Shown in pieces: positions 1-12,186 of a stretch of 64,000 nucleotides of DNA. A model generated the notes under the pieces. That model was not told where the DNA came from. It ran no database searches and was given only the letters and a program-made list of their open reading frames with translations. Location: NCBI GenBank assembly GCA_028826165.1, contig JAPDFW010000004.1:38350-102349 (forward strand). The letters run 5' to 3'. Both the position numbers and the translations under genes were made by a program. The stretch comes from Anaeramoeba ignava BMAN. Its lineage: Eukaryota > Protista > Anaeramoebae. Position 1 is the stretch's first letter. Every line of letters begins with the position of its first letter.

Positions 1-61
1 ATTTTATGGTTTTAATTAATTTAATATTTATATTAATTTGATATTTGGATTTTATATTTAC

Positions 62-3000
62 CTTTATTACGAACAGCAATATTCAATAAAGCTCCACTTG
101 CTTTATATTGAATATCTTGATTATTGGAGAATTTATCCATTGCTTTAATAATAGGTTCAATTCCATTTAATTTTTTAATCTCATTTTGATTTTCTATTTT
201 TATTTTTATATTTTTATTTTTTGATAATTTTTGGATTTTGGAAATGAATATTTTTTCTTCTAATTTTTTTTACTTGAATTAAGAGCAATATTAATTAAAA
301 TTGAAATAGATTTTTCTTGAATAATTTGATTATCTGGGAATTTATCCATTGCATTAATAATAGGTTCAATTCCTTTTAAATTAGAAATTTCTGTTCCTTT
401 TAATTTTCGATTTTCAATTTCTTCACCTTTTTGTTTTGTTTTGTTTTGTTTTGTTTTATTATTTTGTTTGGAAAAGAAGAATAATAAATAAAAAGAAAAG
501 AAAACAGATTTAATTTTCTTTTTCATTTTGTTAAAAATAATTTAATTTACTTTTTAATCCTCCTGAAAATATTAATAAAGCTTCAGATGATTTAATTTGA
601 ATATCTTCATTATTTGGAAAATTATTCATTGAATTAATAAGAGGTTCGATTGCATTAATTTTTTTAATTTCCATTGGATTATCTTTAAATTCCCAATTAT
701 TATTATTATTTTTAATATTATTTTTTTAATATCATTTCAAAAAATCAAATCAAGTTTTAAAATAAAGAATATTTACCTTCATTTTCTTTTGCAAATTTTT
801 GTAAAATAGAACATCCATTTTGTTGAATACCTTCATTTGTTCGAAAATTATTCATACATTCAGCAATAAAAGGAACATCAATTCCAATTAATTCTTGTGT
901 TTTTGCTTTTTTTTTTAAAAATAAAATATCAAATAAATAAAATGATTTGATTAAATTTTCTTTTTTTAATTTTGTTTTTGATTTACTCTTATCATGTTGT
1001 TGAATTGAATTTGAAAGTTCTTGTAAAAAAATTATTGCTTTTTCTGGTGATTGAAGAATTTTTATTTTTGATTTTTCTTCATCAATTTTTTTTTGAATAT
1101 TTTTGATTTCTTCATCAATTTGTTTAAAATATTCAATTTTTTTTAATTCAATTTCATTTTTAAATTCTTGAATTATTTTTTCAATTTCAATTTCGTTTAA
1201 TTTTTCAATTTGAATTTTCATTTCTTGGATTTTTTTTTCAATTTTTTCCAAATATTTATTTTTTTTTAATTTAATTCTATTTTTCATTTCTTCAATTTCA
1301 TTTTGATTTTGATTTTGATTTTCATTATTTTGATTTTGATTATTTTGAATTTGATTTAGATTTTCATTATTTTCATTATTTTCATTATTTTGAATTTGAT
1401 TATTTTCATTTTGATTTTGATTTTGATTTTCATTATTTTCATGATTTTGATTTTCATGATTTTGAATTTGATTATTTTCATTATTATTATTATTTTGATT
1501 TTCATTATTTTGAATTTGATTTTCATTATTTTCATGATTTTCATTATTTTCATTATTTTGATTTTGATTATTATGATTATTATGATTATTATGATGTTTA
1601 TGATGTTTATGATGTTTATGATGTTTATGATGTTTATGATGTTTATGATGTTTATGATGCTTATGAATTGATTTTGATTTTGAATTTGATTTTTGAATTT
1701 GATTTTGATTTTGAATGATTTTCATTTTGTTTTTTGTTTTCATCATTTTCATTTTCATTTTCATTTTCATTTTCATTTTGATTTTCATTTTGATTTTCAT
1801 TTTGATTTTGATTTTCATTTTCATTTTTGTTTTCTTGAATAAATTGTTTAAATTTTTTAATTTCTTTTTTTCTTTTTTCAAATTCATTTTTAAATTGTTT
1901 AATTGTTTCTTCAAATAATTTTAAATCTTCTTCTATTTTTAATTTAGGGAAATTTATTAATTCTTGATATTTTTTATCAATTTCTTCCAAATTTGTATTC
2001 TTTCTGTTTTTGAATTCATTTTTAGTTTCTTGTATTTTTTTTTGAAATTCTTCTAAATCTTTTTTTCTATTTTGTTTAAATAATTCTTTCAAATTATTAA
2101 TCATTTTCTTGAATTCTTCTAAATATTCTTTTTTCATTTTTTCATTTTCATTTTGAATAAATTGTTGAAATTTTTCTTCAGTTTCTTTTTCCCATTTTTA
2201 TATTCTTTTTGAATTTCTTCAATTTCTTTTTTGATTTTTTCTAATTCTTCTTTTTCTTTTTGTTTTTCAAATTTTTCTTTTTGAGTTGCTTCTTGTTGAT
2301 CATAAAGTTGTTCAATTTTAGATTTTGTTATTTGATTTTCTTCTTCAAGTTTTTGAATATTTGAATTTAATAAAATTATCGCATTTTCAATTTGGGAAAT
2401 TGATTTATTTTTGGTTTGTTGAATTTGGATTTGATTAATTGATTTTGTTTGTGAAATTTGATTTAATAAAGTTGAAAAATAATTTTCATTTTCCATTTTT
2501 TCAATTTTTTCAATTTCAATTTCATTATTTTCTTTTTGATGATTTATTTCAAAATTGATTAATTTTATCAATTTTTTTTGATGATTTTGATTCCATTTTT
2601 GTTTGATTTGTTCAATAATTTGAAATTGGTTTGGAAGATTTTGGTTTAAAGAAATCAATCCAATAAAATTAGTTATTTGATTTTGATTTAGATATTTTCC
2701 AAAATTTGGATTTGAAATAATAAATTGAATATTTTGGAAAATAAATTTTTCACAATTTTGTAAAAGATTTTTTGAATTAATTTTTTGAGTTTTGAAATAA
2801 ATTTCTAAAATATTTTCAATATTAAAAATTGATTGAATTTCAAGTTCAATTTTGATTTGAATTTCTTTTAATTTAATTTCATTTGCAAATTTAAAATATT
2901 CATCAAATTTTTGTTTATCAAATTTAAATTTTCCATTATAAAAAAATTTAATAATTGGTTTAACAATTTCAGAATCAAAATTATTAAAATAAATTGAATC

Positions 3001-3921
3001 TAATTTGCTTTCTTTTCTATTTATCATAAAATATTTTGAACGAGCTTCTAAAATTGATCTATGACAAGGAATTAAAATTTTATCTTTTCCACAATAAATT
3101 TGAAAATCTGAAGTTTCTTCATTTCCAAACATTAAACCAATTTGTTTATTTGCTTGTTTTATTAAGAATTTATTCAATTTTTTAATTTTGGTTTGAATTT
3201 CTTCATTTTCATTTTTTAACTCATTTTGATTTTCATTTTGATTTTCATTTTGATTTTCATTTTCATTTTGATTTTCATTTTCATTTTCATTTTCATTTTC
3301 ATTTTCATTTTCATTTTCATTTTCATTTTCATTTTCATTTTCATTTTCATTTTGATTTTCATTTTGATTTTCATTTTCATTTTCATTTTCATTTTCATTT
3401 TCATTTTGATTTTCATTTTCATTTTCATTTTCATTTTGATTTTCATTTTCATTTTCATTTTCATTTTCATTTTCATTTTCATTTTCATTTTCATTTTCAT
3501 TTTCATTTTCATTTTCATTTTCATTTTCATTTTCATTTTCATTTTCATTTTCATTTATATTTTGATTTTGATTTTGATTTTGATTTTGATTTTCATTTTG
3601 ATTTTCATTTTGATTTTGATTTTGATTTTGATTTTGATTTTGATTTTCATTTTCATTTTGATTTTCATTTTGATTTTTGATTTTGATTTTCATTTTCATT
3701 TTCATTTTGATTTTGATTTTCATTTTCATTTTCATTTTTTGATTTTGATTTTGATTTTGATTTTGATTTTGATTTTGATTTTCATTTTCATTTTCATTTT
3801 CATTTTCATTTTCATTTTGATTTTTATTTTCATTTTCATTTTCATTTTGATTTTGATTTTGATTTTGATTTTCATTTTCATTTTCATTTTGATTTTGATT
3901 TTGATTTTGATTTTGATCCAT
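62..3921 (-). CDS. BTB/POZ + coiled-coil + armadillo-repeat protein (3' end runs off the window; apparent frameshifts near 2195 and 1690)
   Basis: ORF 2134..3921 has an N/E/Q tract then a BTB motif (SDFQIYCG...IPCHRSILEARSKYF...IIKFFYNG). ORFs 1661..2137 and 757..1914 continue the coiled-coil in other frames, joined at A-runs. Further GT-AG exons 682-551, 426-274 and 193-62 each encode an ARM-like repeat (e.g. GIEPIIKAMDKFSNNQDIQYKASGALLNIA). Confidence 0.75.
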
Positions 3922-4339
3922 CCTTTTGTTTTTGAAATAAAAATATAATATTTTAATTAATAATTTATTAATATTATTTTGATTAGTTATGTTTATTAAT
4001 TATTTTTTAAAAAAAGGAAAAAAAAAAACAAAAAAGGAAAATTAATTTTGTTATTTGAATAAATAAAATAAATATTTGGGAAATAATAATAAATCAATAA
4101 TAAAAATAATTTCCTTTTCGTTTTTATTTGGAATTCAATTTAAAATTTAATTTTAATTTTTTTTTATTGAAATAATATTAAATTGATAAGTAATTAATAA
4201 TTATTTCGTTCCTATTTCATTTGTACTTTGTATTTTTATTATTTATTATTTATTTTTATTATAAAAAAAAAACAAAAAAATTTTTACTTAATTTAACGAA
4301 ATTTATTTTTTTTTTGAAAAGAAAAAAATGAATAAAAAA

Positions 4340-5190
4340 AGGGAACGGAATAAAGAATAATTAATAATTAAATTAGAAATTAACTATATTTTATATATTT
4401 TATTAATATTTCTTTATTTAAAATAATATAAAATAATTCTCAATAATTTAATAAAATTAATAAAATCTTTTAATCAATTTATTTCAAAAATGGAATAAAG
4501 AATATTAAATAATTAAATTTAAAATTAATTATATTTTATATATTTTATTAATATTTCTTTTATTTAAAATAATATAAAATTATTCCCAATAATTTAATAA
4601 AATTAATAAAATATTTTAATTAATTTATTTCAAAAACGGAATAAAGAATAATTAATAATTAAATTTAAAATTAATCACATTTTTATATATTTTATTAATA
4701 TTTCTTTATTTAAATTAATATAAAATAATTCTCAATAATTTAAATAAAATTAATAAAATGTTTTCATTAATTTATTTCAAAAACGGAATAAAAGAATAAT
4801 TAATAATTAAATTAGAAATTAATCACATTTTATATATTTTATTAATATTTCTTTATTTAAAATAATATAAAACAATTCCTAATAATTTAATAAAATTAAT
4901 AAAATATTTTTAATTAATTTATTTCAAAAATGGAATAAAGAATATTAAATAATTAAATTAGAAATTAATTATATTTTATATATTTTATTAATATTTCTTT
5001 ATTTAAAATAATATAAAACAATTCCCAATAATTTAATAAAATTAATAAAATCTTTTAATCAATTTATTTCAAAAATGAAATAAAGAATATTAAATAATTA
5101 AATTAGAAATTAATTATATTTTATATATTTTATTAATATTTCTTTATTTAAAATAATATATAACTATTCCCAATAATTTAATAAAATTGA
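4340..5190. repeat. AT-rich tandem satellite, ~146-bp unit, ~6 copies
   Basis: Anchor GGAATAAAGAATA (or close variant) recurs at about 4347, 4492, 4638, 4785, 4932 and 5077. Confidence 0.85.
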
Positions 5191-5199
5191 GAAGAAAAT

Positions 5200-5530
5200 T
5201 GAAATATTTTAATAAAGATATATATTTAATTTTAATAATATTTAATAATAATTTAATTTAGATTTATTTTATTTTAATTTTATATAATATTTTTATTTAT
5301 TATAATAATATTTTTGATTATTTATTATTTCAATTTTAATTATAATAAAAATATATTAAAAAGTGGAATAAATATTTTAATAAAGATAAATATTTAATTT
5401 TAATAATATTTAATAATAATTTAATTTAAATTTATTTTATTTTAATTTGATATAATATTTTTATTTATTATATTAATATTTTTAATTATTTATTATTCCA
5501 ATTTTAATTATAATAAAATATATTAAAAAT
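5200..5530. repeat. Direct tandem duplication, ~168-bp unit, 2 copies
   Basis: ATATTTTAATAAAGATA...ATTTTAATTATAATAAAA occurs from about 5204 and again from about 5372. Confidence 0.7.
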
Positions 5531-5996
5531 AAAATTAAAAATTAAAAATTTTAAATAAATTGAATTTAACATGATTGAATAAGATAAACTTTCTAAAAAT
5601 AATTTACTAATTATTCTATTTTTGATTTTGATTATAATTTATTAATATTTAAATATTAATTAATAATAAATTTTATTTAATTTTTTTTATTTTAATATTT
5701 TAATTAATGAATTTAAATTTAATTATTATTAATTTCTATTTTCAATTTTTATTTTTATTTATTATATTAAAAATATTCAATTTTTTAAAATTTATTATTT
5801 TTTTTTTTGGATTATTTTTTATCAATTAAATTTTTAATAAATATTTTAAATTAAAATTAAATTATTTAAAATTAAATTTGTTTCTTATTTATTATTTTAA
5901 AGAAATTAATTTGATTAAAAGTAAATTAAAATTGAATTAAATTTTGAAAAAAAAATTAAAAAAAAAAAGTTTGATTTTCTTATTATTAATTAATTT

Positions 5997-7697
5997 TTAA
6001 ATGAAATAAGTTTCAAGCTCATCAACTTCCCATGAAGAATAAGAACCAGCTAAATAGCTTTTAGCTTCATTTGAATTATAAGTAATTCCATTAGGTGGAT
6101 TATAACTATTACCAAAATTTGAATAGCCAGATTGTAAATTAGAATTTAAATGAATATCTGGATTTCCAGAATATCCTCCTCCAAAACATGGACCTTTACC
6201 TTTCTGTGAATAAATTGCATATTGTTCTTCTCCTTGTTTAATTGTGAACTTTTCTGGTTTTCTATCCCCTTTATCATTTCTTAATGAAAAAATAAATGCA
6301 TTTGAATCATTAATGAATCCGACATCTCCTGATTTAAATCCAACTTGAGTAAAACCTCCAAAAATAAAATTTTGTTTTGTTTTGATAATAACTAATGTTT
6401 TTCCTTTCCCATCAACTGCTTTATGCCAATTTTGAGAATTAAATCCATCTCTTTTTGCTGAATATCCTTTTTTCATTTTAGAAAAAAAATCAATATCATT
6501 TATCCATTCTTTTAATTTCTTAACATATTCAATATCTTGAACAATTTTGGAATCTTTTTTAATTTTCTGATAACTTTTTTTTAGAAGTTTATCATAACAT
6601 TTATCTAGAATTGGTTTCGTCTTCTCAATTTGATATTTCAAATTTTGAATTTCAGATTTCAAACCTTGTATTTCTTTTTCTTTCCTTTGATTTTCATCTT
6701 TTAATCCAAAATTTTGTTTTTTTTGTTTTTCATTTTGATTTTGTAAATCTTGAATTTCTTTTTCTTTATTTTGATTTTCTGATTCAAATGATTTGATTCT
6801 TTTATCTCTTCTTTTAATTTTCTTTTCTTTTTCTTTGATTTCTTTGTCTTGAATTTGAAAAATAGTTCTTTCAAAATGAATTGAAAAAGATTTGGGAAAA
6901 AAATCAAATTGTTTTAATTTATCAAAATCTTGTTTTGAAATTGAATCTTTATCAAATAATGAAAAAAAAGAATGAAATAATCTTTTCTTTTCAATTCCCT
7001 TTCCTTTTAATCTCTCATTTCTTTTTTCAATCCAATTATTTAAAAATTGAAAAAAATCAAATTGAAAAATTTCTTTTTTTTCTTGTTTAAATTGAATAAA
7101 TTTGATAATTTCTTCTTTAGTTAAATTGAATAAATTTTCATTATTTTGAATTTGGGAAAAATTTTTATTTATTAATTCAAAACATTTTATTTCAATTTCA
7201 TTTGAATTTAAATTTCGATTTTGGAATAAAAATTGGAAAAAATTTGAATAATTAATTGAATTTAAAATTTTTTTTTGAATAATTTCTTTCAATAAATTTA
7301 ATTTAAAATAAATTGAAATTTCTAATAATTGAATAAGATTTTCTTGATTCTCAAAAGAAATATTTCCATAATAAATATAACTCAAAATTGATTCCATTTC
7401 TTTTTTATTAAATTGATTTAAAAAAATTTTATCAATATCGTTTTTTTCTCTTAAAAACTTATTAAAAAAAGGAGATCTTGAAAATAAAATTGATTTATGA
7501 ACTTTAATTTCAAAAGGATTTGATTTATTCTCAACAAAAATTGAAAAATCTTTAAATGAATTTCCATTTAAAAGGTTTGAATAATCTTTAATTAAATTTT
7601 TTGTTACTTTTTTTTCTAAATTTTTCTTTTCATTTTCATTTTCATTTTGATTTTGATTTGCATTTTCATTTTGGTTATTATTATTATCATTATCCAT
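5997..7697 (-). CDS. BTB/POZ + coiled-coil + TLDc domain protein (single exon)
   Basis: N-terminal BTB (FKDFSIFV...IKVHKSILFSRSPFF...ILSYIYYG). C-terminal TLDc motifs (YSAKRDGFNSQNWHKAVDGKGKTLVIIKT..FIFGGFT; DSNAFIFSL; GPCFGG; WEVDELETY). Confidence 0.9.
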   Translation of the reverse strand: MDNDNNNNQNENANQNQNENENEKKNLEKKVTKNLIKDYSNLLNGNSFKDFSIFVENKSNPFEIKVHKSILFSRSPFFNKFLREKNDIDKIFLNQFNKKEMESILSYIYYGNISFENQENLIQLLEISIYFKLNLLKEIIQKKILNSINYSNFFQFLFQNRNLNSNEIEIKCFELINKNFSQIQNNENLFNLTKEEIIKFIQFKQEKKEIFQFDFFQFLNNWIEKRNERLKGKGIEKKRLFHSFFSLFDKDSISKQDFDKLKQFDFFPKSFSIHFERTIFQIQDKEIKEKEKKIKRRDKRIKSFESENQNKEKEIQDLQNQNEKQKKQNFGLKDENQRKEKEIQGLKSEIQNLKYQIEKTKPILDKCYDKLLKKSYQKIKKDSKIVQDIEYVKKLKEWINDIDFFSKMKKGYSAKRDGFNSQNWHKAVDGKGKTLVIIKTKQNFIFGGFTQVGFKSGDVGFINDSNAFIFSLRNDKGDRKPEKFTIKQGEEQYAIYSQKGKGPCFGGGYSGNPDIHLNSNLQSGYSNFGNSYNPPNGITYNSNEAKSYLAGSYSSWEVDELETYFI

Positions 7698-7838
7698 TTT
7701 GTTTTTTGTTTTTTGTTTTTTGTTTTGTTTTTGTGTTTTGTTTTTGTGTTTTGTTTTATTTTTTTGAAAAGGAAAAAAAATGAAAAAAAAAAACGGAAAA
7801 AAAATTTTTGATTTTAAATTTTGAATTTTAAATTTTGA

Positions 7839-10800
7839 TCATTTCTGTTTTGCTTCAACTCTCATCTTTTTCTGTTTTCCTCTTGTTAAAATCAATCTAA
7901 ACTCAGGAGATTCAACTTGTTCATTCTTATCATTAAAAAAAGTAACAACAAAATCAGCATAAGGAGTATTTTTTGGAAGATGGAAAAGAACTCTCAATTT
8001 CTTTTTCAAAAAAGAAGGTTCCAAACATTTAGAGATAAAATTTGCATAAATAAGCTTTCCATTGAAATTAATATCAGCTACAAGTAAACCATATTTATTC
8101 TTGCAATATTCAATGAATTTTTCAATTGAAATATTTGGATGATGAATTTCCCATTTGTCCCACTTATTGAAATGGAGTTTTTTATCTTTAAAATCAATTA
8201 CAGAATCATTGATTCTTCCTGGTTCAGAAAGAAACAAAAGAGGAAGTGCAATGTTCAGAAACGCGTTTTTAAAATCTGACAAAACAAAATGATATTCAAC
8301 ATTTTTTGAAATTTCGGAACTTTTTTCTAATTGAGAACTTTTTTCATTTTCTTTTGTGTCAAAATAAGCAAAAGCTCCTTTTCTTCCTCTTTGCCCCCGA
8401 AGTGATTTACTTGAAGCTAATTTGAGTAATTCTAAGGAAACAAGACCTGAAACTACTGATGTTGTTGTTGCAATTGCGGGAATGATTTTGCCTGCAATTT
8501 TCTTTGTCATTAATCTGTTTACTTGTGTTATTCCGTAGTTTTGAGCTCGAATCATTGCTGCACAATGAATAAAATCAATATGATGATTAGTTTCGTCGTC
8601 TTTTTCAAAATCAAGCGGGAAAACTTCAAGTTCTTTTTGGATTTCGTTTGTGATGTTTTTCATGATTTCATGCAATCTTTTTAATTCCTCAATTTTGTTA
8701 TAATTGTCTTCTTCTTTTTCTTTTGCTTCTTTTTCTTTCTCGTCTTTTTCATCTTTTTCTTTCTCGTCTTTTTCTGCATTTTCATCAACTTCAATGGGTT
8801 TGTTTTTTGGAACAAATTTGGGTATTTTTGTTGTTGAAATGATTTTGTTGATTTCTTCTTGAGTTAGCTCTTTTTCTGGTTTGGGAACTTTCCAAACATC
8901 AGCCCATAAATAAGCAGAATGAATAATAAAATCCATGTGTAAAGGATCTTTATTATTGAAGTATATAATTGAAGGAATTTTTTTTGGAGGAGCCCAACTA
9001 AAATAAATTTTCAAATGCATTTTCAAATTTCATGTTTTTGGAATTTTTTTTAAAAATTTCATGTTTTTGAAAATTTTTTTTTAAAAAATAAATTTTAATT
9101 TTTACAATAAAACTCCATCATCAAGAACATGATCTTCAGGAAAAACATGAAGCAAATTCATAATCTTGTGAGTGAAACTTTTCTCGAACAAATTTCTCGC
9201 GAAATGGATGCAATCTTCAAAACTTCTTGGTTTTGATTTCAAAACTTTTGACACTTGCCTGACACCTAAAACTTTTGGAGGATCAACATTCATTTGCGAA
9301 TCATCCTTGTTCTGATTCTGAAGGAAAAACTGGTCAAGAAGTTTAAAAGAAGAAAGAGCCTGTTTTGCAGCATGAATTTTCATTGAGAAGAGGGTTTCGA
9401 ATTTATCTCTTGCCCATTCGATAGTGTGTTCAACAGAAGTTGGAAAAGATTTCAAAGTGCAAAAGGGAACACTTTTTTCAGGAGGATCTCTATGTGATCC
9501 ATAAGTTTCAGTTATAAAGGGAATAATAACTTCGACATGACCTTTTGTTCCAAGTGTGCCACTTTCAAGAAGAGGTCTTTGAGAAATCACTGAGCGAGTG
9601 TCCATATAGAGTCGAGCGGCGATATTATCAAGAGCGTTAACGATCATGTCAAGACCCTGAAAGAAATCGTTTGTGTAAACGTTTTCGGATTCGGGACCAA
9701 CACGAATCACATGCGCCTCGATATTCGAATCCTTGTTCATCTTCAGCACCGCTTCTCTCGCCACTTGTGATTTAGAGTGGTTGATATCTGCGGGACGGAA
9801 GAGAAACTGCCGATTGAGATTCGATTTCTCGATCAAATCGTTGTCAGTAATTGTCATTTTGCCAGGTTTGTTGTCGATATCCTTTTGTGTTGCAACGCCC
9901 ATTAAGGCGAAATTTTTCAACAATTCACATCCAATGGCTCCACAACCAACCATAAACAGTCTGAGTGCGCAGACTTTCTTGTGGTGGTTCTTTCCAAGAC
10001 AAATTACTTGGTGATAATATCGTGTATTTTTGTATTTTTTGATTTCCTCAAATCTTTTTGAAATTTCTTGTTTTGTTAGTTGTGATGGAACCATTTCTCT
10101 TGCATCATAACACATCCACTGCTTAAGGGGAGTGAATTTATTGCTAATTGCTTTGATTGCTTCCTGACCAATGAGACCTCCCAAGAAAGCTGAAATTGGG
10201 CATAAATATCCCTCAGCAGTGAAGCTTATTTTGTGAAGGAGATCAATATTTAAAAATTCATCATCTTTTTTTTCTTTTAAATCTTTTAAATCCTTTAATT
10301 TTTCTTCTTCTAAATATATTTTTCTTGCAATTTCAATAAAAATATTCCCATCTTCTTCACTCCATGCATGTGGATCCCTTCCATATTCTTCCTTGAATTT
10401 ACTCAATGATTTTAATCCTAACATTAATTGATCCATATCAAATTTTGCTGGATCTGCAATAAGAAATTCGGGATTTTTCAACGATTCCGAAAGGGATTTA
10501 AAATTCAAATGAGTTCCCATTTTTGATTCACAAAAAATTCCATTTCTTTCATATTTATTAAAATTAGTTGAATCAACATCTATTGAAAATTCGGTTCTTG
10601 ATATCACTTTAACTTGATGTATTTTTTCATCATTATTCAACTCAGTCATGCCAACAATTCCTGTTAATTTAACATAATCCCCTGTTGAAAATCCATGCGG
10701 CTCCAAACAACAAACAATACAGGGGTTTGAATTTGTGATTTCTAAAATTTCTCCAGTTCTTTCTTCTTCTCCTGTTTGATCTTTGACATAAAAATCATCT

Positions 10801-12055
10801 CCAAAATCATTAAAAACCCAAGAAAAAACTCCTTTTGTTTCGCAATAAATAAATGGTATTCCTTTCTTTCTGCAAAATTCATTGATTCTTTTCAGGTTTG
10901 TTAGTGTTCCTTCATTTATAATAACGCATGAATATTCTTCCAAAAAATTTAATTCTTCTTCTTTTTCACTTAAAATTTCTTTTGTATTTGTTAAGATTTG
11001 CACATATGGATTCAATTCTGATACTTTATGTGCACATACTTCTGCTCGATTTTTTCCTATATCTTGTTCTGTAATGAAAAAATTTGTTGAAAGATCTTCC
11101 ATTGTTGATAATTTTGTATCGTGTAGAGTAAGTGATTTTACTCCTGCTAATGTAATGTTTTTTGCTTTTTTTTTTTCAAATTAATTTTAATTTTTATAAA
11201 TGATTTTAATTTTGATTTTAATTTTAATTTTAATTTTCAAATGAATTTTAATTTTAATTTTAATTTTGATTTTAATTTTGATTTTAATTTTAATTTTAAT
11301 TTTAATTTTAATTTTAAATTTTAATTTTAATTTTTATAAATGAATTTTAATTTTAATTTTAATTTTAATTTTAATTTTAATTTTAATTTTAATTTTAATT
11401 TTAATTTTAATTTTAATTTTAATTTTAATTTTAATTTTAATTTTAATTTTGATTTTAATTTTAATTTTAATTTTAATTTTAATTTTAATTTTAATTTTAA
11501 TTTTTATAAATGATTTTAATTTTAATTTTAATTTTAATTTTGATTTTTAAATTTTAATTTTAATTTTAATTTAAATTTTGATTTTAATTTTAATTTTAAT
11601 TTTAATTTTAATTTTAATTTTAATTTTAATTTTAATTTTAATTTTAATTTTAATTTTAATTTTAATTTTAATTTTAATTTCAATTTTAATTTTAAATTTA
11701 ATTTAATTTTATAATTTAATTTTTAATTTTAATTTTAATTAAATTTTAATTTTTAATTTTAATTTTAATTTTAATTTTAATTTTAATTTTAATTTTAATT
11801 TTAATTTCATTTTTAATTTTAATTATAATTTTAATTGAAATGAAAGTTGGAATTTCATTTAGAATTTCTTTTGTAAATAAAAAAAAGCAAAAAAAAAAAT
11901 TATATTTATTTTTATTTACCAATTTCAATCCCAAGTCCATTAATTCCTGAAAGAAATAAATTAGCTTTTGACATAGAAGACATTGCTTCATCTCCATAAA
12001 CATATCTTTGTCTTGAATAAAAACCATCATCAATTTCACTTGTTTCTTCAATCAT
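7839..12055 (-). CDS. UBA6: Ubiquitin-activating enzyme E1, UBA6-like; exons 12055-11920, 11164-9106, 8997-7839
   Basis: Exon 1 reads MIEETSEIDDGFYSRQRYVYG...GLGIEI and splices to AKNITLAGVKSLTLHD. ATP-binding GCGAIGCE, DLIEKSNLNRQFLFR, catalytic-Cys motif HRDPPEKSVPFCTLKSFP, junction FWAPPK, FEKDDETNHHIDFI, IAGKIIPAIATTT, and a C-terminal UFD. Splice phases are consistent. E1 identity is clear; the UBA6 versus UBA1 call rests on recalled motifs. Confidence 0.85.
11200..11830. repeat. Intronic (TTTTAA)n microsatellite in E1 intron 1
   Basis: Direct reading of tandem TTTTAA/TTTTGA units inside intron 11919-11165. Confidence 0.9.
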
Positions 12056-12186
12056 TTTTTCTTATTTTTTTAAATTATAATTTTTTTAATTAAAAAATTT
12101 TTTTTCCTTTTTTTTTTTAATTAAGAAATAAAAAAAATGAAATTTATTTTTTTTCATTTTTCATTTTTCATTTTTTTTCATTTAAA
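12056..12186. promoter_or_regulatory. Bidirectional promoter between E1 and Lon with TCA initiator-like motifs
   Basis: 131 bp between divergent ATGs. AAAAAAATGAAA at ~12131-12142 faces the minus gene; repeated TTTTTCATTT at ~12148-12183 faces the plus gene. Confidence 0.55.

Noticed and set aside
1356-3948. ORFs of (MK)n, (IF)n, (MF)n type
   Set aside because: Alternative-frame or antisense readings of the AATGAA/AATCAA repeats that encode N/E/Q tracts.
4340-5190. CRISPR-like array (also considered the 46-58 kb arrays and 59380-59620)
   Set aside because: Whole units are repeated with no unique spacers and no cas genes; the context is eukaryotic.
7839-11164. Additional inteins in E1 (also checked DPH5, Nth1, Rho, RPS6 and HSP70)
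   Set aside because: Conserved motifs are contiguous; the small E1 insertions lack Cys/Ser...His-Asn termini.
9733-11184. Plus-strand ORFs overlapping E1 (and similar antisense ORFs over other genes)
   Set aside because: Shadow ORFs antisense to strongly conserved coding sequence, with no recognisable motifs.
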